DNA from: Blastocladiella emersonii ATCC 22665
Lineage: Eukaryota > Fungi > Blastocladiomycota
Direction: 5' to 3'
Assembly (NCBI GenBank): GCA_025594325.1
Contig: JANHCV010000005.1
Coordinates: 1,860,001-1,924,000 of the forward strand
Length of the DNA: 64,000 nt
Part shown: positions 1-11,963 of the stretch, piece after piece
Numbering within the stretch: the stretch's first letter is position 1
How the letters are laid out: every line of letters starts with the position of its first letter
Notes under the pieces: model-generated
The model's database searches: none
Told to the model about the DNA's origin: nothing
Seen by the model: only the letters and a program-made list of their open reading frames with translations
Made by a program: the position numbers and the translations under genes

Positions 1-34
1 ATCTGCAGTCACAAGTCCCGAAATCATCTATGAC

Positions 35-1365
35 TTGATGCAACGCAACACCATGGATCGATGGACCTCAAGTCTTGCAATGTTACCTGTTGAGTTGGTC
101 GCGCGGTGCTTGCAGTTTGCCCAGCCGCGCTCGGACCTTCCCGCGACCTGTACCGTGCTTTGTGACGCGACACGCGAGCAACATGTTTCCGCATTGTGGA
201 ACCACCTCGTCGCTCGCTGGTACCTTGCTCTCGCGGCCACGGACAGCGATTACGACCTGTGCAGTCGCATTGGCGTGGCTCCCATTCCGGTTCGAGGTCT
301 GGCCCCGGCTCCGATCCCGACGGCCACTCTTGGGCGCATCGGAGTTCTTCTTATGTGCAGCGTTTCTCCGGAACATCTCGGAGACGCCGTGCTTGAAGAA
401 CAAATTATCGAGCTTTACTCGCCAGACGCATTTCAAGTCCCCTTGCATCACCCGTTGATCACGTTCCTACGCATTCTTGTCCGTGCCATCGTTTTCGGGC
501 GCGCAGATCTGGTGACGCTCATGATTTCCGAGGCCATGCGTCTTCAGCCCCTTCCCTCAACAGCCTGCCTTCCGCTGGCATACCGAAGTAGTGATTTGGA
601 TCAAAATTCGCTTAGAAAATCCCTCTGCGGCTCCAATCAAGTTTTTTCCAGTTTCTTGCCCTTGTCGCGTGTGCAAGCTTCCACACCGAGACTTTGGACT
701 TGATTCTCGGCAATGACGCGCTGCAGACGAGTCGAGCGGATGTTGCGGGCGTATTCTGTGACCCAGCAGTTGCCTCCATTATCGGTATTGGTTATCTGCT
801 CCTAGATACGCGGATGAGCGGTGCCAAAGAGCACGCACAAGCCATTTTTTCGCTTGTCCTCACTGACGTGTCAGATTGGCCGGCGTCGTTTGTTGCCAGA
901 ATTGTTGTCATTGCGTTATCCCTGCCCCAGAAAGCATTCGTGTCCATCTTGCAAGGCCTGTCGGATCGGACAAAGTCTGCTCTGATTCTCAATCCGCCAA
1001 TGAGTGACAAGTCATGCGGCAAGCTCATTCGCAAGAGAATTTCGGCGCTGCTTCCAGATCTCGTTCGGGAAAACTCGGTCGACTTGGTCGAATCCTGTGG
1101 CCTGATGGACGAGCGGATGCGACAGGGCGCTCGATCTGCCGCAACGATGGGCGTTTTGCCCGGATGATGGCAAGGTTCCGCAAAAGGTTCCACAGGGCGC
1201 TCGATCTGCCGCAACGATGGGCGTTTTGCCCGTATGATGGCAAGGTTCCGCAAAAGGTTCCACAAAGCGTATTTGAAAACTAAGTACCAGCAAGTCTTGT
1301 TTCTGGTGGCCATCTCGTTTTTAGTGTGGCTGCGATTCCTGCCGCTCCCTTCGAGGGGTCGTTAG
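35..1365 (+). pseudogene. F-box-like helical protein, family A copy 1 (frameshifted)
   Basis: N-terminus LAMLPVELVARCLQF; homologous to intact A2 across three frames (35-703, 694-1167, then a tail QQVLFLVAISFLVW ending TAG 1363-1365); lesions near 640 and in the 70-bp duplication. Confidence 0.75.
1122..1264. repeat. 70-bp tandem duplication (2 copies, 1 mismatch)
   Basis: ACAGGGCGCTCGATCTGCCGCAACG... starts at 1122 and again at 1192. Confidence 0.95.
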
Positions 1366-1466
1366 TCGAGCTACATTTCATTTTCATCGGCATTGGATCA
1401 ATCTCAAAGTCTCGGTGTGAGGCAATAGCGATCATCTTTCAGCTCTGAAACTATCCCCCGCAACTG

Positions 1467-1487
1467 ACGCGTCGATCAAATCACGTG
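1467..1487 (+). promoter_or_regulatory. ACGCGT-N9-CACGTG composite motif upstream of A2
   Basis: ACGCGTCGATCAAATCACGTG, ~120 bp before ATG 1606. Confidence 0.55.
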
Positions 1488-1605
1488 GTCAGGTGACCAG
1501 CTTGCGTTGGCTGCGTCGCACGGCGTCGCGTCGCACGTCCTTCTCCCTTCAACCTCCCACCCACGAGGACGTATCTCTGCTAACGACTTGACGCAACGTA
1601 TTACC

Positions 1606-2898
1606 ATGGATCAATGGACCTCTGGCCTTGCGATTTTACCTGTCGAGCTCGTCGCGCGCGTCTTGCAGTTTGTTGAGCCACGCTCGGCCCTTCCCGCGGC
1701 CTCCTCCATTCTTCGTGCAGCTGCAGGCGATCGTCTTGCTTTCACATCGTGGAATCACATTGTCGCTACTTGGTACCTGGCCGCTGCGGACAATCACGAC
1801 CTTTGCGACCGCGTGGGAACGCCTCCGATTCCAACCCCAAATCAACCTCCGTCTCTGCCCACGATTCCAGATGCAATTCTCGAACGGATCGGGGTTATTT
1901 TGCTGCATCGCCCTTTGGCAGAGAAGCTTGACGAGACCATCCCGGCAAACCGCATCTCTAGTGATCACGTCGCGGACGTGAACCGGCGCTCGCCCGAGTG
2001 TGCGACGGTCACATTCCTCCGCATTCTTGTCCGCGTTGTCGCCTTTGGGAGCTTCAACCTCCTGACGCACTTGATTCGCGATACCATGCGAATTTGGCCG
2101 CAGTTGTTTACGACCCGCCTCCCGCTCAAAACATGGAGTCGACTTGCTGATACTGTGCCGGTTCAGTGGATCAAGGTCAAGGGCCGGTCCAAGTTCGGCC
2201 CAATCAAGCTTACCCAGTTTCTTGCGTACGTTGCTTGCGCCTGCTTCCGCGTCGAGGTGTTGGGCTTCTTTCTCGGCAGCAAGGCATACCAAGCGAGCGA
2301 GTTGGAGACTGCCGCCGTCTTCCGCGACCCCAAGGCTGCCAAGGCGGTTGCAGTAGGCTATCGTATGTTGCATCGAGTTGACGCCGACGTAGTGGAACGC
2401 GCCACGGTCATTTTTCCTCTCGTCCTTACCGACGCATCCGAGTGGCCTGCCCCTCTGGCCGCCCTATACCTAGGCCATGTGTTGTGGATAGGACCCGACG
2501 AGGTCCTGTCGGTTCTTCGCGGTCTTGCGCAGCGAACCAAAGCTACGCTCGCTCGTCACTCGCCGCTCAATGACAAAAGGAACGGCCAGCTCATTCGCGA
2601 GTGTGTGTCCCACCTGCTAATTGTGTCCATTACAGAAAACCTGCCCGACTTGCTCGAGTCGTGCGGCCTCATGGACGCGCCGTTGCGGCAACAGGCGAAC
2701 ATAGGCGCCAGTACGCGTTCTCTCCGGTTTGTGAAAATGATCTACCGCTGGGTTTACTATGCGTATCGCCGATTCAATCAGCTTTCGGATCTTCGCCAGA
2801 ACGTTACTTTGGTCGCGTTGGTGATCTTTGTGGTGGTCTTAGTGATGATTTGCCCCTGGGCTTGGCGGGTTTCCCTTTGTATTTTCGGACTGGTGTGA
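1606..2898 (+). CDS. F-box-like helical protein with C-terminal hydrophobic tail, family A copy 2 (intact, 430 aa)
   Basis: Uninterrupted ORF; LAILPVELVARVLQFV F-box-like start; tail VTLVALVIFVVVLVMICPWAW. Confidence 0.8.
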   Translation: MDQWTSGLAILPVELVARVLQFVEPRSALPAASSILRAAAGDRLAFTSWNHIVATWYLAAADNHDLCDRVGTPPIPTPNQPPSLPTIPDAILERIGVILLHRPLAEKLDETIPANRISSDHVADVNRRSPECATVTFLRILVRVVAFGSFNLLTHLIRDTMRIWPQLFTTRLPLKTWSRLADTVPVQWIKVKGRSKFGPIKLTQFLAYVACACFRVEVLGFFLGSKAYQASELETAAVFRDPKAAKAVAVGYRMLHRVDADVVERATVIFPLVLTDASEWPAPLAALYLGHVLWIGPDEVLSVLRGLAQRTKATLARHSPLNDKRNGQLIRECVSHLLIVSITENLPDLLESCGLMDAPLRQQANIGASTRSLRFVKMIYRWVYYAYRRFNQLSDLRQNVTLVALVIFVVVLVMICPWAWRVSLCIFGLV

Positions 2899-3006
2899 TT
2901 ACTGCTGAAACGTTGAGACTCTGATGCGTTTTCCCTTCGCACTACTCATCCTCGTACCGCACTTCTGGCCTGCCCAAAACGCGTCGACGCGATGGCCCAC
3001 CACTCG

Positions 3007-3026
3007 ACGCGTCGATCTATCACGTG
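3007..3026 (+). promoter_or_regulatory. ACGCGT-N8-CACGTG composite motif upstream of A3
   Basis: ACGCGTCGATCTATCACGTG, ~110 bp before ATG 3137. Confidence 0.55.
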
Positions 3027-3136
3027 GTGGCGTGTCCAACGTGCGTCGGTGGCGCTCGCGCTGCGACCACGGCGGTTCGCGAGCGATCGCCCCACCAAGC
3101 TCTCGACGAGGAGCAGTTAACGTCGTCAACGACTCC

Positions 3137-4507
3137 ATGCAACGCAGCACCATGAATCGCCGGACCTCCGGTCTTGCAACTTTACCCAATGAGCTCGTCT
3201 CGCGCGTGCTGCAGTTTGTCAAACCACGTCCGGAACTCCTCACATTCTCCTCGGTGCTTCGTGCGGCTGCGCGAGACCAGTGCGCGCTTACTTCGTGGAG
3301 CCATGTTGCTGCTGCCCGGTACCTGGCTCCCGCGGATCCGCAGGGCGGGCATAACCTTTGCGACCGTGTGGTTACGGCCCCCCTTTCAGCTTAAGCTCCA
3401 GTAGCTTTCGCTCAGCCTCATCTTCCAGCTCCTACTTTGAGCGGATCGGCCTGCTTCTGCTACGCCGCATGTCGGCTGCAGGCCTCAACGAGGTCGAGCT
3501 CTCGGGGCTCATCTGGCGCGATTACGTTGCGAAAACCGAACAGCACCCGGGCGCGTGCGATCCTCTCGCGTTTCTCCGCATCCTCGTCCGCGCCGTCGCG
3601 TTGGGAGTCTGGACCTTGTGGCGCGTCTGATCCGCCACGCCGTGCGCCTTCGCCCGCAGCTGTTCCAGGCCCGCCTCCCGCTCATGTTCTGGAGCCAGCT
3701 CGCCGATACCGAGCCGGTTCAGTGGCTCCGACTCGAGGGCCAGTCTATTCCCAAGTACATCACGCTCCCGCAGTTTCTCGCCTACATTGCCTGCGCGTGC
3801 TTCCGCGTCGAGGTCCTGTCGCTCCTGCTTGGTAACGAGGCCTACCAGGCGAACGAGCCGGACATCACCGCCATTTTCCACGGCGCGCTTGCTGCCGCGG
3901 TGGTCGCCAAGAGATACTACGAGCTGTACCGCGTCGACCGAACCGTGCAGGACCGCGCCACGGTCATCTTCCCGCTTGTCCTCACCGACACTTCGGAGTG
4001 GCCGGCGCCGCTCACTGCGTTCTTCTTTTTTTTTATGCGGTGGACTTTGGCCTCGAGGATTTCGTGTCGCTCGTGCGCGGCTTGTCGCCGCAGACCAAGG
4101 CCAATCTCGCACGCAACTCGCCGCACAAGGACCAAAACTACGGTTCCGAAATTCGCCACGGCGTGCTGGTGTTGCTCCCCGAGTTCGGTTCGCAGGACTC
4201 GGTCGGCTCGCTCAAATCGTGTCGGCTCATGGACGCGTGGCCACTGCGGTGGGGCGCGACGTTCGCTGGCAAGTTTGGCGGCCTGACCCGAGCGCTGGCT
4301 TGGTGGTACCGCTGGCGCTATAACAGAATGAAAGCAGCGAGGCTGGCGGCACAGCAGCAAACCGCGCATTTCTTAGAGCGAGAACACAGGCAAAAGCAGG
4401 CACTTTTTGAAGAGGAAGAAGTTCTTATTTTTCTTAGCCCTTGGCAACGCCGCCATCCGGTGCCGCGAGCGGGCGATCCCGCCGCCAGCTCGCGCGCGCG
4501 GGATTAG
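3137..4507 (+). pseudogene. F-box-like helical protein, family A copy 3 (three frameshifts)
   Basis: LATLPNELVSRVLQFV; homology to A2 switches frame near 3375, 3620 and the poly-T at ~4030. Confidence 0.75.
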
Positions 4508-4941
4508 GTCGGTCATGAGGATCCGAAACATGATGATTGCAGATCGATCGCGCGCACCGGGTCGCGCTCCCGCGCTTCCGCTGCCGCCCCCGCTGCACCA
4601 CTCGCGCGGGTAGGGTCCCTCCTCGAGCAGGGCCACCCGCCCGACACGCGCGCGCACCCCACCCACCCCGCCGCCCGCGACCCGCACAGCCAGCGGCAGC
4701 GACCCGCACACGCAACGGCGCCGATACGAGGCGATCCGGCTCTTGGCAGCGGTTGTGGTGGCTGTGTGCTTCATGGTCACTATGTGGCACTTCAATTGCT
4801 GCCCTGGTCAATCAAGGATTGAAATTTTTGCTGGTATAGTCTAGTACCATCGTTTCCTTGTCCCCGCGTCGATTATTTGAGCGGCGAGACGAGGGGTGCA
4901 ACCGTGCCGCGCGCTGTGGTCCGCAACGCACGGTACACGCG

Positions 4942-4961
4942 GCGCGTCAATCAATCACGTG
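4942..4961 (+). promoter_or_regulatory. GCGCGT-N8-CACGTG composite motif variant
   Basis: GCGCGTCAATCAATCACGTG followed by GGAGACATTTTC; no obvious sense gene downstream. Confidence 0.4.
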
Positions 4962-5017
4962 TGCAGTTGGAGACATTTTCCGTGTGCGCAGGAATCAATG
5001 GATACATCATTTACAGT

Positions 5018-6121
5018 TCAATGCTTCCTCCCCTTCTTCCCGCCCCCGCCATTCAAACTCCCACTTGACCCTCCTCCGTTCGAGTTATCCTCAATCGCGC
5101 CCATCTCCACGAGCACATTCCGCGCGACATTATTGATATGCCCGAACCGGTCCGGCCCGAGCTGAATCCCGCCGTACCAGCGCGACACGCACACCCAAAC
5201 GTTCCGTGCGCCCGTGACCTGGAGCAGGTGTAGGAGGCGTTTCCCCGCGGCGTCCTCGCCGTCGTCGTCGCAGTCCTGCATCACGACCTCGCCGCCCGCG
5301 GCCGTCGGGTGCGGGAGGTCCAGGCGGTACGCGGTGATGTTGTGCGTTGCGCGCGCGATCCGGCGGTGGTCGACTAGGTAAGCGAGTAGGGCGGGCGGGT
5401 CGCGCGTAGCGTCGGAGATGTACGCGGCGTGCGCCAGGAAGACGGATTTGCGGTCTACGGCGTGGTGGCGGCGTTAGTGAGCGTCCGGGAGGAACGCGAG
5501 TGAGACGAACGGACCGACGATAGGGTCAGCGTGCGAGTAAAGCCGGTCGACGTGCGGGGTGGGCGAGATCGTGAGGTCGGGGAGGTCGCGGACGGCGACT
5601 TCAGGCGCGACGGGCGTCGCGGTCCCACTCCCGCCGTTCCTCGCCGTCGCCCCATTGCTCCCGCTGCCGCCCGCAGCCGCCATGGCCTCCGCGATCGGTC
5701 CCACCATCTCGAGCGTGTACTCGCGCAGCCACTCGAGGAACTCGAAGCAGACGACGTCGTGCGTGCACCCGGGCTCGCCGTGCCCGTCCTTACGCTCACA
5801 CCCGGCCGTCCACATCTCCGCGACCTTATCCTCTGCCGCGCGGCGCATATCGTTGCTCCAGAGCGGCGTGGCGTGCCAGTGGGCGACGCGGGGCGGGAGG
5901 GCGGCCGGGTACGCGGTTGGGAGAGCGATGACGAGGCTCGGGTGCAGGTGCGCGGGCAGGTCGTCGACGGGGAGCACGAGGCGGTACTCGGCGGCGGGGG
6001 CGTCGGGTTTGGCGTGGCGCACGAAGGCCGGCGTGTAGATGGACGCCAGCGCCACGACCTCCTCGAGCGCCGCGTCGGAGAGCGCCGGGTGGAAGAGCGA
6101 GTCGAGGTCGAGGAGGTCCAT
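5018..6121 (-). CDS. YIH1: IMPACT/Yih1 family protein (RWD + UPF0029 domains)
   Basis: RWD-like N-terminus; after intron 5455-5514: DRKSVFLAHA, THNITAYR, DCDDDGEDAAG, VSRWYGGIQLGPDRF. Confidence 0.93.
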
Positions 6122-6459
6122 TGGCTTACGTTTACGGGGTGTGGGGAGAGCGTGGGGGTGGTTGGGGCCGCCGCGAGACACAAGTTCGGAGACACAACGT
6201 GGCGGGTCACGTTGCGCGCGGCCGATCGCGGTTCCCCGCCGGCGTCGAGCGAGCGGCCCGCCGGACCCGCCGCGCGGAAAAGTCAACCTGTCCCCCCGCG
6301 AGCGCCCTCTCTCTCCCGCACCATCAACAATAGCTACCGAACCCGCTGTCTGGTACATGCAATGCAGCTCTTGATGGATCTCTCGTCGCGCGCGCGATCG
6401 GCAGGGGCTCACCGCGCCGCGCCGTGTCCGTCGTCGTCTAGCCCACGACCTCCACCACC

Positions 6460-7215
6460 ATGTTCATCTCGCGCTCCATGTACCGAACGGCGGCTGTCGC
6501 GAGGGGCCTGTCTTCACTCGCCGCGTCCGCGCGGCCCACGGCGGTCGCGCGATCCCGTCTGCGGGTACCCACCTCGTTTCGCACCGCGCAAACCATGCCG
6601 CGGCGGCACTTTGCGTCGCTGCTGACCAAGGCGAACCCGTCGTCGGGCAAGCCGGGCGACGCGCCGTCGCTGAGCGGGATGGCGCGGCTGCGCAAGCTGT
6701 TCAAGGACTACGGCCGCCCTGCGTTTGCCGTGTACATGGCGATTTCGACGGTCGACCTGACGCTGTCGTTCATCGCGGTCTACTCGGGGGTCGACGTGGA
6801 GCGCGTCGTGGACGTGGCCAAGGCGTACCTCGAGAAGTGGGGGCTGTGGCGGTTCGCGGTTGACGAGGCCGAGGAGCGTGAGCTGCGGCACACGATCGAG
6901 GGCGACGACACGGGTGTCGCTGATAGCGCGAAGCCCAAGGACAAGTCGCTGCTCACCACGTTCCTGATCGCGTACGCGTTCCACAAGCTGCTGCTGCCGA
7001 TCCGCGTGCCCATCACGGCGGCCGTGACGCCGGGCGTCGTGCGGTACCTGCGCCGGTGGGGGTGGATGAAGGACATGGGCGCCGTCGCCCGTACGATGCA
7101 GCAGGCCGCCGCCGAGTCCGACAAGGCGCGCAAGGCCGCCGCGTCCCTGGCGCTCGCGGGCGTCTCGCTCGGCCTGCTCGGTGCGGCGGAGGACCTCGCG
7201 GTGCGTGAGCCATGA
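6460..7215 (+). CDS. DUF1279/FAM210-like mitochondrial membrane protein
   Basis: Arg-rich presequence; FKDYG...YMAISTVDL and FLIAYAFHKLLLPIRVPITAAVTP. Confidence 0.85.
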   Translation: MFISRSMYRTAAVARGLSSLAASARPTAVARSRLRVPTSFRTAQTMPRRHFASLLTKANPSSGKPGDAPSLSGMARLRKLFKDYGRPAFAVYMAISTVDLTLSFIAVYSGVDVERVVDVAKAYLEKWGLWRFAVDEAEERELRHTIEGDDTGVADSAKPKDKSLLTTFLIAYAFHKLLLPIRVPITAAVTPGVVRYLRRWGWMKDMGAVARTMQQAAAESDKARKAAASLALAGVSLGLLGAAEDLAVREP

Positions 7216-7452
7216 TGACGTGTCAGACTCCCCTAAACTTCCCGAATCGACGCCGTTTTGTTCTCGCGCCCGCGTGGAAGCGTTAAGCTCGGTTTCAGGC
7301 AGGCAGCTGTGCGAGAACACGTTTTCGTGGCGGCGTTCGAGGGCGGCGCAGCACGCTTCTCCCCCTCCGCCCTCCATCGAGCCGAGGAATATAAACTACT
7401 GCGTTCCCCCGCTCTCTCTACCTGCAATGTATCTGTCGCCATAGAGCACACC

Positions 7453-8949
7453 ATGAACCCATCACCTTCAACACCGCCACCGCCGGCCGCGGGCGTGCCG
7501 CCGACCCTGCCCGAGAGCGACACCCCCCAGCTCGCCCGCCACCTGTCCTCGGCCTCAACTGCTACACAACGCGCCGCCTTCCGCCTGTCGGCCGCCACGC
7601 TCGTCGCCGACCCGGCCTCGGATCCCACCTTGGCCCCTGTGGCCGCCGTTGGTGACGGCGCGAGTCTCGCCGCCATCGCCGAGTCCGACGCGAGCCTGCG
7701 CGCCGCATCGATTGACCTCGCCGAGCTCGACGCCGCGCTCGAGGCCGTTGCCGCGGCCGCCGATGCTGATACCACCGCTGCGCCTCGCGCGCTCGATGAC
7801 GACGGCGATATCGAGATGCTCGGCGACCCGTCGCCGTACGTGTCGCGGCGCGCGTCGATGACGGTCGCCAGTCCGCGCGCCGCGACTGCACCGGTCGGGC
7901 CTTCACCACCGGCGTCGTCGCACCTGGCGCGGCTGCGCGCGTGGCTCGGCGGCAGCGGGAACCCGGTGACGCGGGAACCGTCTTCCGCGTCCATCACCCC
8001 CGACGGCACGGGCGCGCTGACGCCGACGTCGCCGCCGTCGCTGCTGCCCGAGTACAACGAGGTTCCCTCGAAGCCGCCGTCGTACCACCACGTGCAGGAG
8101 GAGGAAGCGCGCGAGTCGTTCGAGATGCACCTAACGGAGCCCGTCCCGGCAATCGTGACCTTGGGTCTGTGCGGCGGATGTCTGGGCTGGACATCGGCGC
8201 CGCGTGTCGCGAGCCTGCGCTACGCGAGCCTGGTGTACCTCCTGTTCAACGTGCTGTACACGCTGACGCTGGCCGCGTTCGAGATCCTCCTGATGCGCGA
8301 CATGACGCAGGTCCTGCGTCTCCCCGCGACGCCCGACGGCCGCACCGAGCTCGACATGGACGCGCTCCCGCTACTCCACCTCGTCCTCGACGCGCTGTGG
8401 TGCCCGTGCTCGCTGCTCGCCTTCGTGTTCCTCTCGCAAGAGGTGATCATCGGGTTCGTCATCTCCACGTACCTCCTCTACTTCTGCGCCGGCTGCGAGT
8501 TCCTCCTCCTCGCCATCCAGTGGTCGCACCACGGGACGACGACGCCAAGGACCGGCGACCAGCCGAACCCGCGCGGCGAGCGCGCCGTGGCCGCGGTCCT
8601 CACCGCGCGCGCCGCCGTCGCCGCCGTGCATCTTTTGGGGACGTGGCTCGCGTACTGGACCGCGCGGTTCATCCCGCGGTCGCTCGACGCGGTGCCCGTC
8701 GTCGTGCCCGTCACCCGCACCAACACGGGCACGCGGCATGCGAGGTACCAGTACCCGACGGCGTGGCGGCGGGACCAGCGCGAGCGCGAGCGCGAAGCCG
8801 CGCAACGGCGACAGCAGCAACCCCCAACAGCGAGCGAGATCCGCGCCGAGCAGGACGCCGAGGAGGAGCGCGCGCGCGCGCAGGCCGCCGCGGCCGTCAA
8901 CGGGACCGCGGTCGATGCGACGGCTGCGTGGGCGTGGCACATGGGCTGA
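7453..8949 (+). CDS. Hypothetical multi-pass membrane protein with PY motifs
   Basis: GC3-rich ORF; Pro/Ala-rich N-terminus, LPEY and PPSY motifs, about four hydrophobic helices, charged C-terminus. Confidence 0.75.
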   Translation: MNPSPSTPPPPAAGVPPTLPESDTPQLARHLSSASTATQRAAFRLSAATLVADPASDPTLAPVAAVGDGASLAAIAESDASLRAASIDLAELDAALEAVAAAADADTTAAPRALDDDGDIEMLGDPSPYVSRRASMTVASPRAATAPVGPSPPASSHLARLRAWLGGSGNPVTREPSSASITPDGTGALTPTSPPSLLPEYNEVPSKPPSYHHVQEEEARESFEMHLTEPVPAIVTLGLCGGCLGWTSAPRVASLRYASLVYLLFNVLYTLTLAAFEILLMRDMTQVLRLPATPDGRTELDMDALPLLHLVLDALWCPCSLLAFVFLSQEVIIGFVISTYLLYFCAGCEFLLLAIQWSHHGTTTPRTGDQPNPRGERAVAAVLTARAAVAAVHLLGTWLAYWTARFIPRSLDAVPVVVPVTRTNTGTRHARYQYPTAWRRDQREREREAAQRRQQQPPTASEIRAEQDAEEERARAQAAAAVNGTAVDATAAWAWHMG

Positions 8950-9070
8950 GGTTGAAGTTGAGGGAGTAATTTGTACATATACTGCGAGATGAATCAAACA
9001 AAACGAATACAAAACATGTAGTGGTAGGACAAGAAGAAACACAAGAACAGCTATTAGAGAAGCGAGACGC

Positions 9071-10107
9071 TTACATGGTCTCCATGGCGAGCCCGAACCC
9101 GAACCGGGACGCGCCCTTCATGTGGTCGACCTCGCCGGCGAGCGTGAAGGCGATGGGCCCCATGCGCTGCTCGAGGACCGAGTTGACGCGCCCGTTGCTG
9201 TCGATCTGGGTGCGGAACGTGGACTGGCGGAACTCGTACTTGGCGCCGACCGTGGCCACGCCCTCGCGGCCGCGCGGCGTCACGATCACCTGCAGCTCGG
9301 CGGCGAGGTCGACCTTGGACGACACCGGGTGCACGTACGACAGGTGCAGCATGCCCTGCGAGGCGAGCGTGGCGGTGGCCATGGGCGGCGCGGTGGGCGG
9401 CTGCGGCACAATGTCGTCGGGCCCGAGGGCGAGGGGCAGGACCAGGTTGAACTTGGGGAGCACCCAGCGCGCGGCCAGGGACATGTGGGCGTCCTCCATG
9501 CCGGGGAAGGGCCGTTGCACGACGGCCTCGACGCCGAGGGCGACCGACTGCGACACGGACTGCAGGTAGCTGGCGACGAGCACGCCCGTGGCGTCGAGCG
9601 GCCACGGGTTGACGACCTTGAGCGACGCGTCAAAGTCGCGGCCGGCGTAGTCGACCTCGGCCTGCAGCATCTGCTGCGCGGGCTGCATCGGGCCCATGGC
9701 GGGCGCGAACTGGATGTTGACCTTGGACGTGAGCTTGGGCGACAGCTGGAACTGCATGCGCCCGTTGAGCGAGCCGTCCGTGTCGACCATGCCCTGCATC
9801 AGCTTGGTCTCGTCGGCGAAGACCGTGTTGAGCGAGTAGGTCTGCGGCACCGTCTGCGACCCGAGGTGCAGCGCGTGGTGGATCTGGAAGTTGGGCGACA
9901 GGCCCTTGGCGAAGTCGATCTTGCACCCGTCGAACATGAAGTGGTTCGTGAACACGGCTAGTCGATGCGAGTGTGAGCTGGGCGTGCGTCGAGCGAGCGG
10001 TTCCGAAACAGCGTACTCTGCGTCTTGCGGTGGAGCTCCTCGTACTTGCCGGGGGACGGCAGGCCGAGCGCCCCGATCATCTCGCGGAACGAATCGAGAA
10101 AGTTCAT
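9071..10107 (-). CDS. TOM40: Mitochondrial outer-membrane translocase channel Tom40
   Basis: MNFLDSF...LPSPGKYEELHRK, one intron (~9958-10016), then MFDGCKIDFAKGLSPNFQIHH...GEVDHMKGASRFGFG. Confidence 0.96.
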
Positions 10108-10625
10108 GGCGGCTCGCAACGGGTGCACAGCGGCGGTCGGTCGGGCGGGGTGGTCGGAGGGGGAGGAGCGGGACGTCTGCGTGGCGCAAAGCGAGATGGC
10201 CGCGAAACATACAAGCGAGCGGGATGGCGGAGCAGCAGCCGGTCAGCGTTCATGTCCCGATCGTCGTCGTGATCCAGCGGAGGCGACGGCAGCGGTCGAG
10301 CGGTCCCCCCTCGGTCGAAGTGCCAGCGTGGCAAAGCCGTCGGTTCGATTCATGGAGCTGATGCATGTGGGGGTCCGCGAGCGCTGGGCCGCCGCCGGGC
10401 CGCGCGCGGGCACATAGTGCAGCAAGTCGCTGCGTACCGGCGATGGGCACGGTGGTCGCTTCGTCGTCGTCGTCGTTCGACCGAAGGAAGGCGGAGGCGG
10501 AAAAGGCGGAGCGAGCGGCGCGCCGATCCCTGTTTGTGCGCGCGTCACGTGGGCGCGGCTGACGGCCCGGCACCACGCGTTTTGCTTCGCCCGCTTCGGC
10601 CCCCTTCTCCTCCTCGTAACCAAAC

Positions 10626-11834
10626 ATGTTGCTAATGAACTCGATCGCGACTCGGCGCAGATTACTCAACGCGGCCACCGCCACCCGCTTCCCGCGGCTC
10701 CGCGCGTACCACGTCGCCTTCTTCGGCTCGGACGACTTTTCCGCGCGCGTGCTCGGCAACCTGCTCGACGCCGCCCCGCCCGGCTCCGCGCCGCTCGACT
10801 CGGTGACTGTCGTGACGCCGCCGCCCCGCGCGCGCGGCCGTGGGCTCGCCGTGACGCCCGGCGCGCTCGAGTCCTTCGCCGACGCGCGCGGCCTGCCCGT
10901 CGTGTACGCGCCGAGCAAGTCGCTCAAGCCGTGGATCGCGAATCCGCCCGCCGGTTTGAACTGTGACCTCGCGGTCGTCGTTTCGTTCCCGTACTTTTTG
11001 CCCCGTGCCGTCCTCGAGCGGTTCAGCACGGGCGCCGTCAACTTGCACCCGTCGTTGCTGCCAAAGTACCGCGGCGCGGCACCCATCCAGCACGCGATTT
11101 TGAATGGGGATACCGAGACGGGTGTGAGTATCATTGGGCTCGACCCGCGCCGGTTCGATTCGGGCGCGGTGCTGGCGCAGCGGAAAGTGGTACGCTTCGG
11201 TGCGCAGTAGCGAGCGCGATCGGGCCTCACACTGCGCACGTAGGCGATCCCGAACCCCGACAAAATCACGTACTCGACGCTCGCGCCGCGCCTCGCCGAC
11301 GAGGGAAGCATCGCGCTCCTCGACACCCTGCGCAACTTTGACGCCTTCTCGGTCCGTTCTCCTCCTTCGCACCACTGCCCCCACCTCCACTCACACCCCA
11401 CACTCCTGTAGCGCGCCGCGAAAACCCAAGACGAGTCCCTCGTCACCCACGCGCGCAAACTCGCCAAACGCGACGGCCCCGTCGCGTGGTCGGACGAGTC
11501 GGCGCACGCCGTGTTCCGCCGCTGGCGCGCCATCGCACACCAGGTCCCGCTCACCACTTTCGGGCCCACGGGCGACCCCGTGCAGCTCGTCACCCTCGTG
11601 TCGCCCGTCCCGACCCCGCGGCCCGACGCGGTGCCCGGCCAGTTGTTGGGAATCGGTGACGGCGGCGTGCTGCTCGTCGCGGCGGCTGACGCGGCCGAGT
11701 TCGCGGTGCGGGTGACCCACGTCAAGCCCGCGAACCGGGGCGTCACGCCCGCCGTAGCGTACGTCAACGGGGTCGGCGGGCCCAAGGCGCTCCGGCGCGG
11801 CGTGGTCCGGTTTGGGGAGGTAACCAAGGAGTAG
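10626..11834 (+). CDS. FMT1: Mitochondrial methionyl-tRNA formyltransferase
   Basis: VAFFGSDDFS, VVSFPYFLP, NLHPSLLPKYRGAAPIQHAILNGD; introns ~11190-11243 and ~11350-11411; divergent from TOM40. Confidence 0.94.
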
Positions 11835-11963
11835 CGGGGATGAGTGAGTGTAGCAGGCGTTTATAGATTGTATTCTAGTGATTCGCGCTGGTCGCGCGTT
11901 ACGACAGGGATGCTGCTTCCGCCTCCTCGGCGCGCGTAGGGAGAAACCGTGTCTCGCACTCCA

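Noticed and set aside
4440-4520. PARASWRRDRP on the minus strand, resembling the Ubc9 N-terminus
   Set aside because: Too short, and no UBC core follows; probably chance
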